Numbered from the stretch's first letter, positions 41,544-50,992 are shown. The stretch is 64,000 nucleotides of DNA from Bdellovibrionales bacterium (GCA_965262715.1 OZ253553.1:1120001-1184000), one strand, 5' to 3'. Notes: generated from the sequence alone by a model not told the origin. Numbers and translations: made by a program.

Positions 41544-42492
41544 AATGGTGGACGCTGGCCTTCTATGGGCAAAAAACGTACTCAATCCTCAGTTTTCAAT
41601 GAAATCAACTATTTCTATCACTTCTTTACCTATTCCTGAAAGCGTACTCAAACAGAAATATCTCAAAAACTACCTCTCAATAAAAGAAATTGCAAAGGAA
41701 TTTTCGTGCTCAAAAACCAAAATCAGAGACCTACTTTTAAAATACAAAATGCCATTAAGAAAGCCTTCAAAATGCCATCAAAGATATGATAGTCGCACTT
41801 ACGGCAAGAAAAAGATAAATGGTAAAACGATAGATCACAAAAGAGAGTTAAAAACCATTGAAACCATTAAAAAGCTTTATGCTAAAGGTATCAATCCAAA
41901 TACAATAGCTAAGGTATTAAGCACTATGAAAATACCAACTAAACAGCATAAAAAAGAGTGGCATCATCACACAATTATCAATCTTCTTAAAAGAGAAAAT
42001 ATTTATAAACAAGAAAAATCAATAGCTTAGGAGGAAATTATGGAAACATTCATTAAAATTATTATAAACTTATCATTGATATTTGGATCAGGTTATTGTG
42101 CCAAAAAGCTTTGATGTCGAGGAAGCAACTGTTAAGAGGATTAAAAAGGCACTTTCATCATCAGAGCAATTTGCCAGAAAACTTACTGACACAAAACTGC
42201 CTTTCTAAAGTAGGATTTTAGTCTTGTCTAATAGAATAAAGTTTCTTTTGAAGTTCTTAACTTATAGATACACTTGTCTAAGCAAGATGAAGCGGGGAGG
42301 TTATGGGCTCTTAATATATTGAATTATCAAAGCGCATTTACAATAAGTCCCAGATAATTATTTGTATCATTGAGGTTCAATATCTTTGTAGGGAGCAAAC
42401 TGTAATGCCATAAGTTCTTTATGTCGATGAGTAACTTATAGATATTAAAAAAATAATTTTTTTACAAAAATAGTTTAAAATATTAAAAAAGC
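41544..42492 (+). repeat. ~950-bp direct repeat, module copy C
   Basis: Matches 36382..37307. Confidence 0.92.
41545..42030 (+). CDS. HTH + serine-recombinase-type DNA-binding (Recombinase) domain protein without a catalytic domain
   Basis: SIKEIAKEFSCSKTKI HTH; YG....G....E...I..I......G.....IA..L....IPT....W....I..LL.RE pattern. Confidence 0.7.
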   Translation: MVDAGLLWAKNVLNPQFSMKSTISITSLPIPESVLKQKYLKNYLSIKEIAKEFSCSKTKIRDLLLKYKMPLRKPSKCHQRYDSRTYGKKKINGKTIDHKRELKTIETIKKLYAKGINPNTIAKVLSTMKIPTKQHKKEWHHHTIINLLKRENIYKQEKSIA

Positions 42493-42685
42493 CTAAAAAT
42501 ATGAGAAAAATTCACTTTAAAAATACTCATTATAGTGTTAAAAATACTAATAGATAAAATAATAGAGTGAAATAAAAAAAAGATTGCTTAAGAGTTTTCC
42601 AATATTACAGTGCATTAATGCAATGCACTTAGATATATAATAGTTTTTTGTAAAGCTCATATTAAAATAAAAAAATAAGGATTTT

Positions 42686-43342
42686 ATGGAAAAAATAATA
42701 TTAGCAAATAGTATGATAACTTTGATCACAGAAGATCAACTGAAACCTATCACTCATGATTTTCTAGTTCAAAAAGATATTGTTCCTAAAGACTTTGAAG
42801 TTATCAAAGAAAAAACCATTTATGCTTTTCCTATCAGTCAAATAAGCTATACAAATGGGTTTAGTATAATAATTGAACCAAATAGGACTTTATTTCAAAT
42901 ATTGAATATACCTAACTATAAAGAAAAAAGAGAGAAACCTTTAAATTTATTAAAGGAGATTTCATCAAAATATGTAACCCTTTTTAGAGAGATATTGGAG
43001 TGCAAGTTTATAGGTATTAATTTTGATTTTATAAAGGATGACTTACGTTTTGAAACTTTTGTTGAACAATCTATAAATCCAAACAGTTCATTTTTTAATT
43101 TTGAAGGTAAAAAAAGTGATATTCAAAAGATTGATATATCTTATAGCTTAAAAGGTAAAAAATTCAATATAACTATTAATAAAATTTCAAAAAGAAACAT
43201 TGAAACAAACACTGAAGATTTTATTACATTGTTTAAAATAAATATACATTATGATAGCAAATATGACGATAACGTAGTAAATATTATTAATGAAATGGAA
43301 GAAAACTATGAAAGATCATTAAAGTTTATAGGTGGAGTTTAA
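42686..43342 (+). CDS. Hypothetical protein, gene 1 of triad (TIGR04255-like?)
   Basis: Beta-rich; ISQISYTNGFSIIIEPNR, IGINF, KINIH; family call is weak. Confidence 0.6.
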   Translation: MEKIILANSMITLITEDQLKPITHDFLVQKDIVPKDFEVIKEKTIYAFPISQISYTNGFSIIIEPNRTLFQILNIPNYKEKREKPLNLLKEISSKYVTLFREILECKFIGINFDFIKDDLRFETFVEQSINPNSSFFNFEGKKSDIQKIDISYSLKGKKFNITINKISKRNIETNTEDFITLFKINIHYDSKYDDNVVNIINEMEENYERSLKFIGGV

Positions 43343-43992
43343 TGAATTCTAAAATATATCAAACAATAATAAACTCATTTCTAGAAAATAAATTTTCTAA
43401 TGAAGGAATTAATCCTAAAGGTTTTAAGGTTATCAAAGAAAACCCCTTTGATAGAGGCATGTTTTATAAAGCCCACTATCGCTGTATTGTCGATAAAGAA
43501 TCTATAAACGACTCTTTTAATGAAGATACAAAACCAAATATAAATATAATTTATAACAATAAAGAAAGAGAGTTAAGTAATATTTTGAAAGATTTAGATG
43601 AAGAATGTAAAGAAGAAGGTTATGAAGTTTTTTCTGATAAAGTAAAAAAGAATGCTTTCGAGATGTTAGATTTTGTAAAAAATAACTCTAAATATAATTG
43701 GAGTATCTATCCGACAGAAGATCAGGAAATTGCGATAAATTGTACACCAAAAAAAGGAAGAGGGTTATTGATACTTTGTGATTCAAGAGGGAGTATAGCT
43801 TATTTTAAAGTATTTGATGGAAGAAACACTAGATATAGATGTCAGAACATTAAAGACTTTCCTTTTGATCTATTGAAAACAGAGTTAAGTTTTTTAAATC
43901 CTTATTTATATGATAATAAAAAACTAATTGATACAAGAATACAACTCAAATCTTCTTATCTTATATTGAACAATGAATATCAAATTGCTTAA
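43342..43992 (+). CDS. Hypothetical protein, gene 2 of triad (antitoxin-like?)
   Basis: TAATG coupling to gene 1; C-terminal EEGYEVFS...A...L...SIYPTEDQEIAI...LLILCD..G domain. Confidence 0.6.
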   Translation: MNSKIYQTIINSFLENKFSNEGINPKGFKVIKENPFDRGMFYKAHYRCIVDKESINDSFNEDTKPNINIIYNNKERELSNILKDLDEECKEEGYEVFSDKVKKNAFEMLDFVKNNSKYNWSIYPTEDQEIAINCTPKKGRGLLILCDSRGSIAYFKVFDGRNTRYRCQNIKDFPFDLLKTELSFLNPYLYDNKKLIDTRIQLKSSYLILNNEYQIA

Positions 43993-44440
43993 TTATATAA
44001 ATGACGATGACAAACTTGGAAGATCTAGTTTTTCTAGAAAACAAGCAAGAAGAGCTACTTCAGGTAATATAGACCATAAGATTTTTCTTGACACAAAAGA
44101 CAGGCAAATTATTTCCGTAGATCGTCTTTTTTTGTCTTACTTAGAAAAACTGACAGAAATTCAAGACAAAAATGCTCAAAACCGATCTGAAATTGAAATC
44201 CAAAGATGGAAAAAAGGAGAACTAAAACAAAAAGACCAGCCTAAACAAAGAAGTTTTTATGGATGGGTTAGTTTAACAGCTTTAGATGCTCAACAAGATA
44301 GCAGACAGGTTAAATCAAGCCCTATTACAGAAAATCCTTATCATGCTAATATTATTCTACCTAAAGATACACATGATGCATATATATTACATACAAAATC
44401 ACTTGCAGCAAAATCTGAATGGGTTGAGAGATACAAATAA
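43973..44440 (+). CDS. Hypothetical protein, gene 3 of triad (ADP-ribosyltransferase-like toxin?)
   Basis: LGR...ISVDR...YGW..L...V..SP..ENPYHANI pattern; 20-bp overlap with gene 2. Confidence 0.55.
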   Translation: MNIKLLNYINDDDKLGRSSFSRKQARRATSGNIDHKIFLDTKDRQIISVDRLFLSYLEKLTEIQDKNAQNRSEIEIQRWKKGELKQKDQPKQRSFYGWVSLTALDAQQDSRQVKSSPITENPYHANIILPKDTHDAYILHTKSLAAKSEWVERYK

Positions 44441-44646
44441 AAGAAGTTAGTAATTCAATAGAAAGAACAAAAGAGTTTTTGATCTTTATAGCAAAACTGC
44501 TAATATCATTATTTTTTAAGGTAGACAGTGGGCTTTTACAAGCAGAGAACGTGCTCATTCCATGTTATAGTCTCTATTCGATTAAAAACAAGCAAATTTA
44601 AGAGTTTTTCCCTCTTAGAAATAAACATCATTTAAAACAGGAAAAA

Positions 44647-44694
44647 GGTTCGAATTGGTGTCACTGGTGGACACTGTCGCAACCAATTCGAACC
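44647..44694. other. att-like recombination site (13-bp perfect inverted repeat, 22-bp spacer)
   Basis: GGTTCGAATTGGT ... ACCAATTCGAACC around TGGTGGAC. Confidence 0.6.
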
Positions 44695-44831
44695 CTTTCT
44701 GAAATAGATTTTGAGTTTTGCTGTCAAAGCCAAGAACTTTTTAAATACCAAGAAATTGCCCCAGTAGTTAAGAAAATACTCTCTTAATAAAAATATCCTT
44801 TTTATTTATTATAAATGAAAAAGAATAAAGT

Positions 44832-44963
44832 TTATCTTCTTTTTTTTGTTGGACCTGTTTTAACTGTTTCTCTGACAGTTGTTGCAGGTCTTCTCTTTTC
44901 TGTACCATCAGGAACAAATTGACCACTTTTAGCATCTCTAGTTCTTTTTGACTTTTTAGACAT
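44832..44963 (-). CDS. 43-aa basic small protein (missed by the ORF track)
   Basis: MSKKSKRTRDAKSGQFVPDGTEKRRPATTVRETVKTGPTKKRR*, with AAAGGAGG RBS. Confidence 0.8.
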   Translation of the reverse strand: MSKKSKRTRDAKSGQFVPDGTEKRRPATTVRETVKTGPTKKRR

Positions 44964-45166
44964 AATAACCTCCTTTTTAAAGGTATGAAGCTTATCAATC
45001 CTTAATTTTTTCTATTTTGTCAAGATTTGTCATAGGAAATAAATTATATTTTTCAAAGTTGGTTTTATGATTTAGGTTGTGTAACTGTTCAATTTTAAAA
45101 ACAATTATCACTTTTCGTAAAAAACCCCCTTTATAAACAAGAAAAATCAACAACTTGGGGGGAAAA

Positions 45167-45340
45167 ATGGAAACATTCATTAAAATTATTATAAACTTAT
45201 CATTGATATTTGGATCAGGTTATTGTGCTAAAAAGCTTTTATTCAATATCGAGAAAGTGGCCACTAATAGGATAGAAAAAGGAGTTTCATCATCAGAAGG
45301 GCTTGCCAGAAAACTCACTGGCACAAAGTTATCTTTCTGA
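45167..45340 (+). CDS. 57-aa small membrane protein of the repeated module (copy D, intact)
   Basis: METFIKIIINLSLIFGSGYCAKKLLF...KLSF. Confidence 0.7.
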   Translation: METFIKIIINLSLIFGSGYCAKKLLFNIEKVATNRIEKGVSSSEGLARKLTGTKLSF

Positions 45341-45494
45341 TGAGTTAAGGGATAATGATCTATCTTTAATAAAGACAATCTTTCAAATGTTCTCCAGTTT
45401 GTCTAGCATTGGATTGGTAGATATTAATATATATCTTATTGAATGTAATTATACAAAATTTTAGACATCTCGATTTCACTAAGGCTTGCCGAAA

Positions 45495-45908
45495 CTACTT
45501 TTTAATAAATTTTCTTAAAAGTTGCATCCACCAAGCTGTGTTCTTTAATTTTCGTTGTATGTCGTTTTTTTTATCATGTCTATCTCTAATCCTTCCTATA
45601 TAGATTTCTTCTTCAGACCATTGCTTACACCACTCTGTCTTGCTTTCTTGGATCATATAATGGCTTTTACAAGGAAGTCTCCAGTTTCCTATTGATGGCC
45701 ATAGACTCACTGTTTCTCCATCATATTCAATTTTCCACTCGCTTCGTCCTAAAGGAAGACTTACTTCAATTCCACAACCACATGCGCATATGTGTTCAGT
45801 AAGGCGATGTTTAGTTGATATATACAACTCCCCTTCTTTCATTTTTTCCGGCATATTTTCTGTCCATATAGGATACCATGTCTTAGTTTTCATTTGATCT
45901 TTCTCCAT
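45495..45908 (-). CDS. DUF6527 family protein
   Basis: P..M.EGELYIS, HICACGCG.EV..PL, W, VSLWPSIGNW..PCKSHY.I. Confidence 0.9.
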   Translation of the reverse strand: MEKDQMKTKTWYPIWTENMPEKMKEGELYISTKHRLTEHICACGCGIEVSLPLGRSEWKIEYDGETVSLWPSIGNWRLPCKSHYMIQESKTEWCKQWSEEEIYIGRIRDRHDKKNDIQRKLKNTAWWMQLLRKFIKK

Positions 45909-45987
45909 ATCTAAGACAGATTGATATTCTTACTTGAAGTTTATATTCAATAGAATTTGTTTACTAAGGTGATGAGAATATTTCTTA

Positions 45988-47199
45988 TTACATGAATATT
46001 TTTCCAAAAGATATAGTATAATTTACTATATTATCACTCTTTTCTCGATCATTTCTATAGATTCCTTTTTTTATTTTCCACTCTATGAGAGCCAACGATG
46101 CTCCAAGCATATTTAACTCTGCTGTTTGAATGTTACTTCTATATATATCATTAACAAGCCTTTGCTCATTAGATTCTGAACCTACTTTTTTTTGTATATT
46201 TGGTACTTGATATTCTCGTTCTATTTTGACCATACCTCCGAGTTGATTATTATCTTTTCCTTCTACCTCTATTCCTATCCCTACACTCAAGTGAAATATT
46301 CCCATTTCATTACATTTTTCCTGAATTTCCCTTCGACTCTTTAAATTATCTACGGCAATAAAGACTGTTGTAAATTTTTTTAAGATATCTAGGTTGTTGC
46401 TATCAATTTTGTTTTTATATATATACAAGCCTTTTTTTCTTACATTTTTATAACGATTTTGATGCCATTCCACTTTTGTAGTATGAAGCTCGTTTTTATT
46501 TACTGCTCCAGCTAATCTAAATGCACTATCAGGTTCTATAATATCATCATCATATAAATGTAGTTCTTTAACATTTGTTTTTGCAAGTATATCAACTAAG
46601 TAAGATCCTGTGCCTCCTACTCCTATAACAGCGATTATTTCATCAGATATTTTGTCTTCTATTCCCTTTGTTCCATTGCGGTACAAACTTGTGTTCATAT
46701 ATGTAAAATTTGTATCCACATCAACTTCTGTTATTTTCCCAAGCTTTGAGGATTTTAAAATACCTGGAGTTTTACTTTCTGCATGAAAGCTAACTTCGTC
46801 TACATATGTTTTTATTTGTTCAAAATAGTCCTTGTATGATCGAAGAGTTCCTCCTTGTTTTGGCTTTCTTGACCATTTCATATATACAATAATTTCTTCT
46901 CCAAGCTGAAATCCATCAGGAAATTCTTCACAACACAATTCTTCTTTCATACTTTCTCCTTTAATAGTGTAAGGTATCTCACCGGTCCACCATACAGTAT
47001 GTTCTTTTGGTTGTTTTATTTGATTTGTAGAAGGATCAACACATAGACTTGTCACTATATCAGCTCTTTTGATTGTACTATCTTGTACTACATATAGTAT
47101 GTTTTTTGCGATTAAGTAAGCTCCGCGTATCTCTATATGATACCCTGCCTCTTTTAATCTTAACAAATCTTCACTATGACTTATCGGTGAATTTAACAT
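45988..47199 (-). CDS. DUF6791 (E2-like) + ThiF/E1-like adenylyltransferase fusion
   Basis: ISHSEDL.RL...GY.IEI N-terminus; IGVGGTGSY..D..AKT, D.D, AFR, FIAVD, NIQ.AELN. Confidence 0.9.
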   Translation of the reverse strand: MLNSPISHSEDLLRLKEAGYHIEIRGAYLIAKNILYVVQDSTIKRADIVTSLCVDPSTNQIKQPKEHTVWWTGEIPYTIKGESMKEELCCEEFPDGFQLGEEIIVYMKWSRKPKQGGTLRSYKDYFEQIKTYVDEVSFHAESKTPGILKSSKLGKITEVDVDTNFTYMNTSLYRNGTKGIEDKISDEIIAVIGVGGTGSYLVDILAKTNVKELHLYDDDIIEPDSAFRLAGAVNKNELHTTKVEWHQNRYKNVRKKGLYIYKNKIDSNNLDILKKFTTVFIAVDNLKSRREIQEKCNEMGIFHLSVGIGIEVEGKDNNQLGGMVKIEREYQVPNIQKKVGSESNEQRLVNDIYRSNIQTAELNMLGASLALIEWKIKKGIYRNDREKSDNIVNYTISFGKIFM

Positions 47200-47419
47200 C
47201 GAATTTCATTCCATCAACAATAGGTATTGAATCATTTTCCTTAAGGATTCCCTCTGGTTTTTCCTTTGGCCCATCTTTCCATGTGACATCATATTCATAG
47301 TCTGGCCCTTGTTTTCCATTGGGATAGGCATAATCTACTACTTTATTATAACTTATTTTGTCATCTAAAATTTTGTATTCTCTGCCTCTAATATAAATTA
47401 AGGTTTCCTGTTTATCCAT
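47174..47419 (-). CDS. Ubiquitin-like (Multi_ubiq) protein
   Basis: I.IRGRE......ISY..VV..AY...Y.VTW..GP...PEG.L....S..I.DGM.F.V..TDKS; GGAGG RBS before ATG 47419; overlaps the E2-E1 start. Confidence 0.88.
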   Translation of the reverse strand: MDKQETLIYIRGREYKILDDKISYNKVVDYAYPNGKQGPDYEYDVTWKDGPKEKPEGILKENDSIPIVDGMKFDVKFTDKS

Positions 47420-47869
47420 TTTGACCTCCATTTAAAATATAAGAATAAGATTAATCAGAGAGTGTCAAGGTGAAAAATAAGAGACACTTTTTGATGTTAA
47501 ATCTATATTTTACTTTAGATAAAATTAGTATATCAATTTATAGATGATAATTGAACATTTAAATTACAAAAAATAATTTAATATAAGTATTTGAAATTTT
47601 TGTTAATTTTTTTTTCATCATTTTATCATAATACATTATATAAAAAATGAAAACGTCCTTTTTTGATAAAAGAGGTGTTTTTAAATGAAATATTGACTTT
47701 ATATTCGTGAAACTGATATACTAAATTTATAAATCTAAAGTAGCATCAATGAAAATACATTGTCTTATAAAATCATAAATTTAAAAAAACATCATCAAAT
47801 GAGAAAGCTGTAAAATACAAGATCTGTTGTTTTTGTTGAAGACTCTTGTTATAAGTGGATTAAGTGGAT

Positions 47870-48158
47870 ATGAAATTTGTTGTGTGCTTTTTAGCTTTTA
47901 CATTTATTTGGATATTTAACTCTCCTCAATTATTTGCTGGAAATTGTGTATCCATGGCAACATGACTCTGCTGGCCGCAGATGTGGCGGCAGAGCTGCTA
48001 GTGTAATACATGGTGGACGACTCGGAGGAGATGGTCATTATGTAGATTCCTATGGAAGAGATCGCATTTATGGTAGAGGAAATGATATATACAATGATGA
48101 TTACAACAGCGATAATGAAGATGACAATTTCTCATTTGAATTAAATGATAATGACTAA
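47870..48158 (+). pseudogene. Frameshifted small secreted Cys-containing protein
   Basis: Signal peptide MKFVVCFLAF...FAGNC, then frameshift to YPWQHDSAGRRCGGRAAS. Confidence 0.6.
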
Positions 48159-48199
48159 ATGTTCATACTAAGAAAACTACAATTTAGGATGATGTTTTT

Positions 48200-50101
48200 A
48201 TGTTAAAATTAGAAAAAGTCGTCTTAGAAAACTTTAGATGTTATAAAGAAAGAAGCGATCTTATAATAGATGATGAATTAACTGCTATTATCGGTTGTAA
48301 TGATGCAGGAAAGTCTTCTTTTTTTGACGCTCTTGAAATATTCTTTGAAAATCAAAAAATAGATCAAAATGATTTAAACATTGTATCTGATTCGTTAAAA
48401 GAAGTTTCAATTTCATGTGTATTTAGTAATTTACCAGATTCTATTCTAATTGATGCTGATCATAAAACCACTCTTAAAGGTGAATATTTATTAAACAAAA
48501 ATGAGATGTTAGAAATTAAAAAGATATATGATTGTAATTTCCAAAACCCTAAAATAAATACATTTGTAATATGCGAACATCCAACTCATGAAAATGCAAA
48601 AGATTTACTTAGTTTAAATAATAGTAAACTTAAAAAAAAAGCAGAACAAATTAGTGTTGATTTAGCAAATGTAAATAAAAGCATCAATGCAAGTATTCGA
48701 AAAGCAATACGAGAATCAATAAAAAATGATCTAAAAATTAAAACACAAGATATTTCCTTAGATAAAGATACTGGAAAGGATATATGGAATAAATTAAAAG
48801 AAGAGCTTCCAATATTCTTCCTTTTTAAAGTTGATCGAGAAACTACAGATCAAGATAGCGAAGCTCAGGATCCTATGAAAGCCGCAGTCAAAGAAGCCCT
48901 TAAATTTCAAAAAAACAAATTAGACGACCTCGCTGAGGAAGTCAAAAAAGAAGTTAAAAAAATTGCTGAAAAAACTGTAGATAAAATTAAAGAAATGGAT
49001 CCCTCACTCGCAAATACATTAAGTCCAAAATTTGATAACCCAAAATGGGATAGTGTATTTAAAATTAGATTAAATGCTGATGATGATATCCCTTTAAATA
49101 AAAGAGGTAGTGGTGTGCGCAGGCTTGTTCTTCTTAATTTCTTTATAGCAAAATCTGAAATTGAAGTTCCAGAGGAAAGAAATAAAGGAGTTATTTATGC
49201 TATTGAAGAGCCTGAAACCAATCAACATCCAAATAATCAAAAGAAAATAATAAATGCTTTTATGAGTTTGGCTGAAAAATCTGATTATCAAGTTTTATTA
49301 ACAACTCACACTCCATCTATGGCAAAACTATTACCAGATAAGAACCTAAGATTTATTGAAGTTAAAGAAAAATCAAGAATTATTCATAATACATCTAATG
49401 ATAGAAAGTTATTTGAATTAATAGCAAAAGCTTTAGGAGTTCTTCCTGATCATAATGTAAAACTATTTATAGCCGTAGAAGGAAAAAATGATATTTCTTT
49501 TTTAAACAACATATCATATCTCTTTAAAAAAGAAGACGAAGAAAGCTTTTTAGACCTTAAAGAATTAGAAAATAAAGGAGAGATTATATTTTTCCCTATT
49601 GGAGGAAGTAATTTAGCCTTATGGGCATCTCGTTTAAAAGAGCTTCAAGTGCCAGAGTTTCATTTATATGACCGAGATGTTAGTACAGAAGAGAAATTTC
49701 CAAAACAAAGTGAAATAGATAAGATTAATGAAAGAAGTGGTTGTAAAGCTTTTGTAACAAATAAAAAGGAGGCTGAAAATTATATTTCTAAAAAAACTAT
49801 TCAAAAAGAAGTTAAAGATAAATACAATATTAAAATTTCCTTAGAAATTGATGATTTTATAGATGTTCCTGAATGGGTAGCAAAGAAAATTTATGAAGAA
49901 AAAGAAGAAAAGATTTGGGATGATTTATCACCTGATAAGAAAAAGGGCAAAGAGCAAAAAATAAAGAATTGGTTGAATCGAGACGTAATAAAAAATATGA
50001 ATATAGGTGATTTAGATGAAAATACAAAGAAAGAAATAAGAACATGGTTAGATTCTATAAAACAACTTTATTGTTCACAAAATAGTCAAAATAAATATTA
50101 A
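48200..50101 (+). CDS. OLD-family ATP-dependent endonuclease (ABC ATPase + TOPRIM; GajA-like architecture)
   Basis: GCNDAGKS Walker A, RGSG signature, IEEPE, TTH, VEGKND, DRD, EAENY. Confidence 0.9.
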   Translation: MLKLEKVVLENFRCYKERSDLIIDDELTAIIGCNDAGKSSFFDALEIFFENQKIDQNDLNIVSDSLKEVSISCVFSNLPDSILIDADHKTTLKGEYLLNKNEMLEIKKIYDCNFQNPKINTFVICEHPTHENAKDLLSLNNSKLKKKAEQISVDLANVNKSINASIRKAIRESIKNDLKIKTQDISLDKDTGKDIWNKLKEELPIFFLFKVDRETTDQDSEAQDPMKAAVKEALKFQKNKLDDLAEEVKKEVKKIAEKTVDKIKEMDPSLANTLSPKFDNPKWDSVFKIRLNADDDIPLNKRGSGVRRLVLLNFFIAKSEIEVPEERNKGVIYAIEEPETNQHPNNQKKIINAFMSLAEKSDYQVLLTTHTPSMAKLLPDKNLRFIEVKEKSRIIHNTSNDRKLFELIAKALGVLPDHNVKLFIAVEGKNDISFLNNISYLFKKEDEESFLDLKELENKGEIIFFPIGGSNLALWASRLKELQVPEFHLYDRDVSTEEKFPKQSEIDKINERSGCKAFVTNKKEAENYISKKTIQKEVKDKYNIKISLEIDDFIDVPEWVAKKIYEEKEEKIWDDLSPDKKKGKEQKIKNWLNRDVIKNMNIGDLDENTKKEIRTWLDSIKQLYCSQNSQNKY

Positions 50102-50111
50102 TAGGAAGTAT

Positions 50112-50921
50112 ATGAATACCGTTTTAGATAAAAATAATTGGCAATGTCCTTACTGTGGAATTTTTCAAATCCTTCAATATGGTGAGAATTTGAAAACAAC
50201 AGAAGAATGCAATTTAACCTCCATGAGCAAATATAACGAAATTAGCGTTCGATTGTTTAGTATTTCCTGTCTGAATTGCAAAGAATTGACACTTAATATT
50301 GATTTAGAAAAAAAAATCTATCCAAAACCAAACCTTTACAGAAAAGGTATTATGGATTTCGATAGTGGCCCCTACTTTAAAAACCTGAAATCATGGTCTT
50401 TGATGCCTGATTCTAGAGCTAAACCTCAGCCAGATTATCTTCCTAAAAATGTAATAGAAAATTATAATGAAGCTTGTAAGATTGCTGATTCAAGCCCCAG
50501 AGCTTCTGCTATACTGTCTAGAAGATGTTTAGAGGTTATGATTAAAGACTTCTGTAAAGTTGAAGGCTCAGGAACTCTTTTTGAAAAGATAGAAGAAGTT
50601 CGAAAAAAGTCTATTGAAATCCAAGAAATCACAGAAGAATCAATAGATGCCATTGATCATATTAGAAAACAAGGTAATATAGCAGCACACATACAAAAGC
50701 CAACAAATTTATTGATCGACAACGTGAGTAAAAAAGATTCTGATTTATTGATCGAACTTTTAGAAATGTTATTTCAAGAGTGGTATATTGCCAGGTATAG
50801 AAGAAAAGAAAGATTGGCAAAAATCACAAAGGCAAAAGAAAAAACTAATTCTTTTGCAACCAAGGAACAAAAAAACAAAGAAGGATCAATCCATTCAAAC
50901 ATCTCAAAGCTAAACACCTAA
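50112..50921 (+). CDS. DUF4145 (HEPN) protein with N-terminal Zn ribbon
   Basis: CPYC/CLNC; YNEA...SPRAS..LSRRCLE; IRKQGNIAAH. Confidence 0.88.
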   Translation: MNTVLDKNNWQCPYCGIFQILQYGENLKTTEECNLTSMSKYNEISVRLFSISCLNCKELTLNIDLEKKIYPKPNLYRKGIMDFDSGPYFKNLKSWSLMPDSRAKPQPDYLPKNVIENYNEACKIADSSPRASAILSRRCLEVMIKDFCKVEGSGTLFEKIEEVRKKSIEIQEITEESIDAIDHIRKQGNIAAHIQKPTNLLIDNVSKKDSDLLIELLEMLFQEWYIARYRRKERLAKITKAKEKTNSFATKEQKNKEGSIHSNISKLNT

Positions 50922-50992
50922 AAATGAATAATGTATATTAAAAACTAGCTCTCAAAGAGATATAAAAATTGGAAAATTAAAGGAATTTTAAA

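Noticed and set aside
44647..44694. tRNA gene
   Set aside because: Only a T-loop-like GGTTCGAA and a CCA-like end are present; there is no D arm or anticodon arm.
44768..44998. 76-aa ORF from the track
   Set aside because: It overlaps the 43-aa ORF in another frame, which has the strong RBS and a recognisable motif.
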